From the IMG/VR virus record IMGVR_UViG_3300021178_000001, positions 32,001 to 96,000 of that record: a stretch of DNA of 64,000 nucleotides. The stretch is one strand, 5' to 3'. How positions within the stretch are numbered: the first letter of the stretch is position 1; each line of letters opens with the position of its first letter. Made by a program: the position numbers and the translations under genes. This document shows, in pieces, positions 63,931-64,000 of the stretch. The DNA is from a virus. The notes beneath the pieces were generated by a model. It made no database searches and had not been told where the DNA came from. It was given only the letters and a program-made list of their open reading frames with translations.

Positions 63931-64000
63931 ATGTTGACTGCAGACCAGAGAAAATTATTCAGAATTGCTTTAGGATCTAAGGGTCTCGTGAGCCCTCACA
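63931..64000 (+). CDS. 5' end of the next gene (truncated)
   Basis: GAGGAG RBS, ATG at 63931, TGGTATAAT upstream. Confidence 0.55.
   Translation, partial: MLTADQRKLFRIALGSKGLVSPH

Noticed and set aside
1-64000. tRNA genes, integrase/att sites, stop-codon reassignment
   Set aside because: No cloverleaf or recombinase recognised by eye, and standard-code ORFs tile the window densely with all three stop codons in use.

Overview
The whole window is a gene-dense segment of a large tailed dsDNA phage with a contractile (myovirus-type) tail. I see no host housekeeping genes, rRNA, tRNA, integrase or CRISPR array. Layout: 1-9.1 kb baseplate genes (spike, LysM/gp25-like wedge, baseplate J, wedge). 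9.1-11.6 kb an inverted accessory cassette (metallopeptidase lipoprotein, SprT). 11.8-20 kb tail fibre/receptor-binding genes. 20-21.4 kb M15 endolysin and endonuclease VII. 21.4-27.9 kb a minus-strand block (small lipoproteins, DEDD exonuclease, ThyX, HD hydrolase, SF2 helicase). 28.2-50.3 kb a plus-strand replication/recombination block (GroEL, class II RNR, endonuclease-dCMP deaminase fusion, T5 A1-like nuclease, primase-helicase, PolA, dNMP kinase, RecA, SbcCD, RuvC, free-standing homing endonucleases). 51-64 kb head genes (TerS, TerL, portal, minor head protein, prohead protease). The most unusual element is an apparent phage-encoded protein quality-control set: a trigger-factor-type FKBP protein, GroES and ClpP are consecutive genes inside the head cluster, a second N-terminally anchored ClpP-like protein lies nearby, and a GroEL lies about 29 kb away. 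Other points of interest are a PD-(D/E)xK endonuclease fused to dCMP deaminase, a possible envelope-spanning protein ending in a beta-barrel signal, repeated leaderless promoter architecture, structured intergenic RNAs and a synonymously recoded gene-end duplication. All calls come from motif recognition by eye; no database searches were run.
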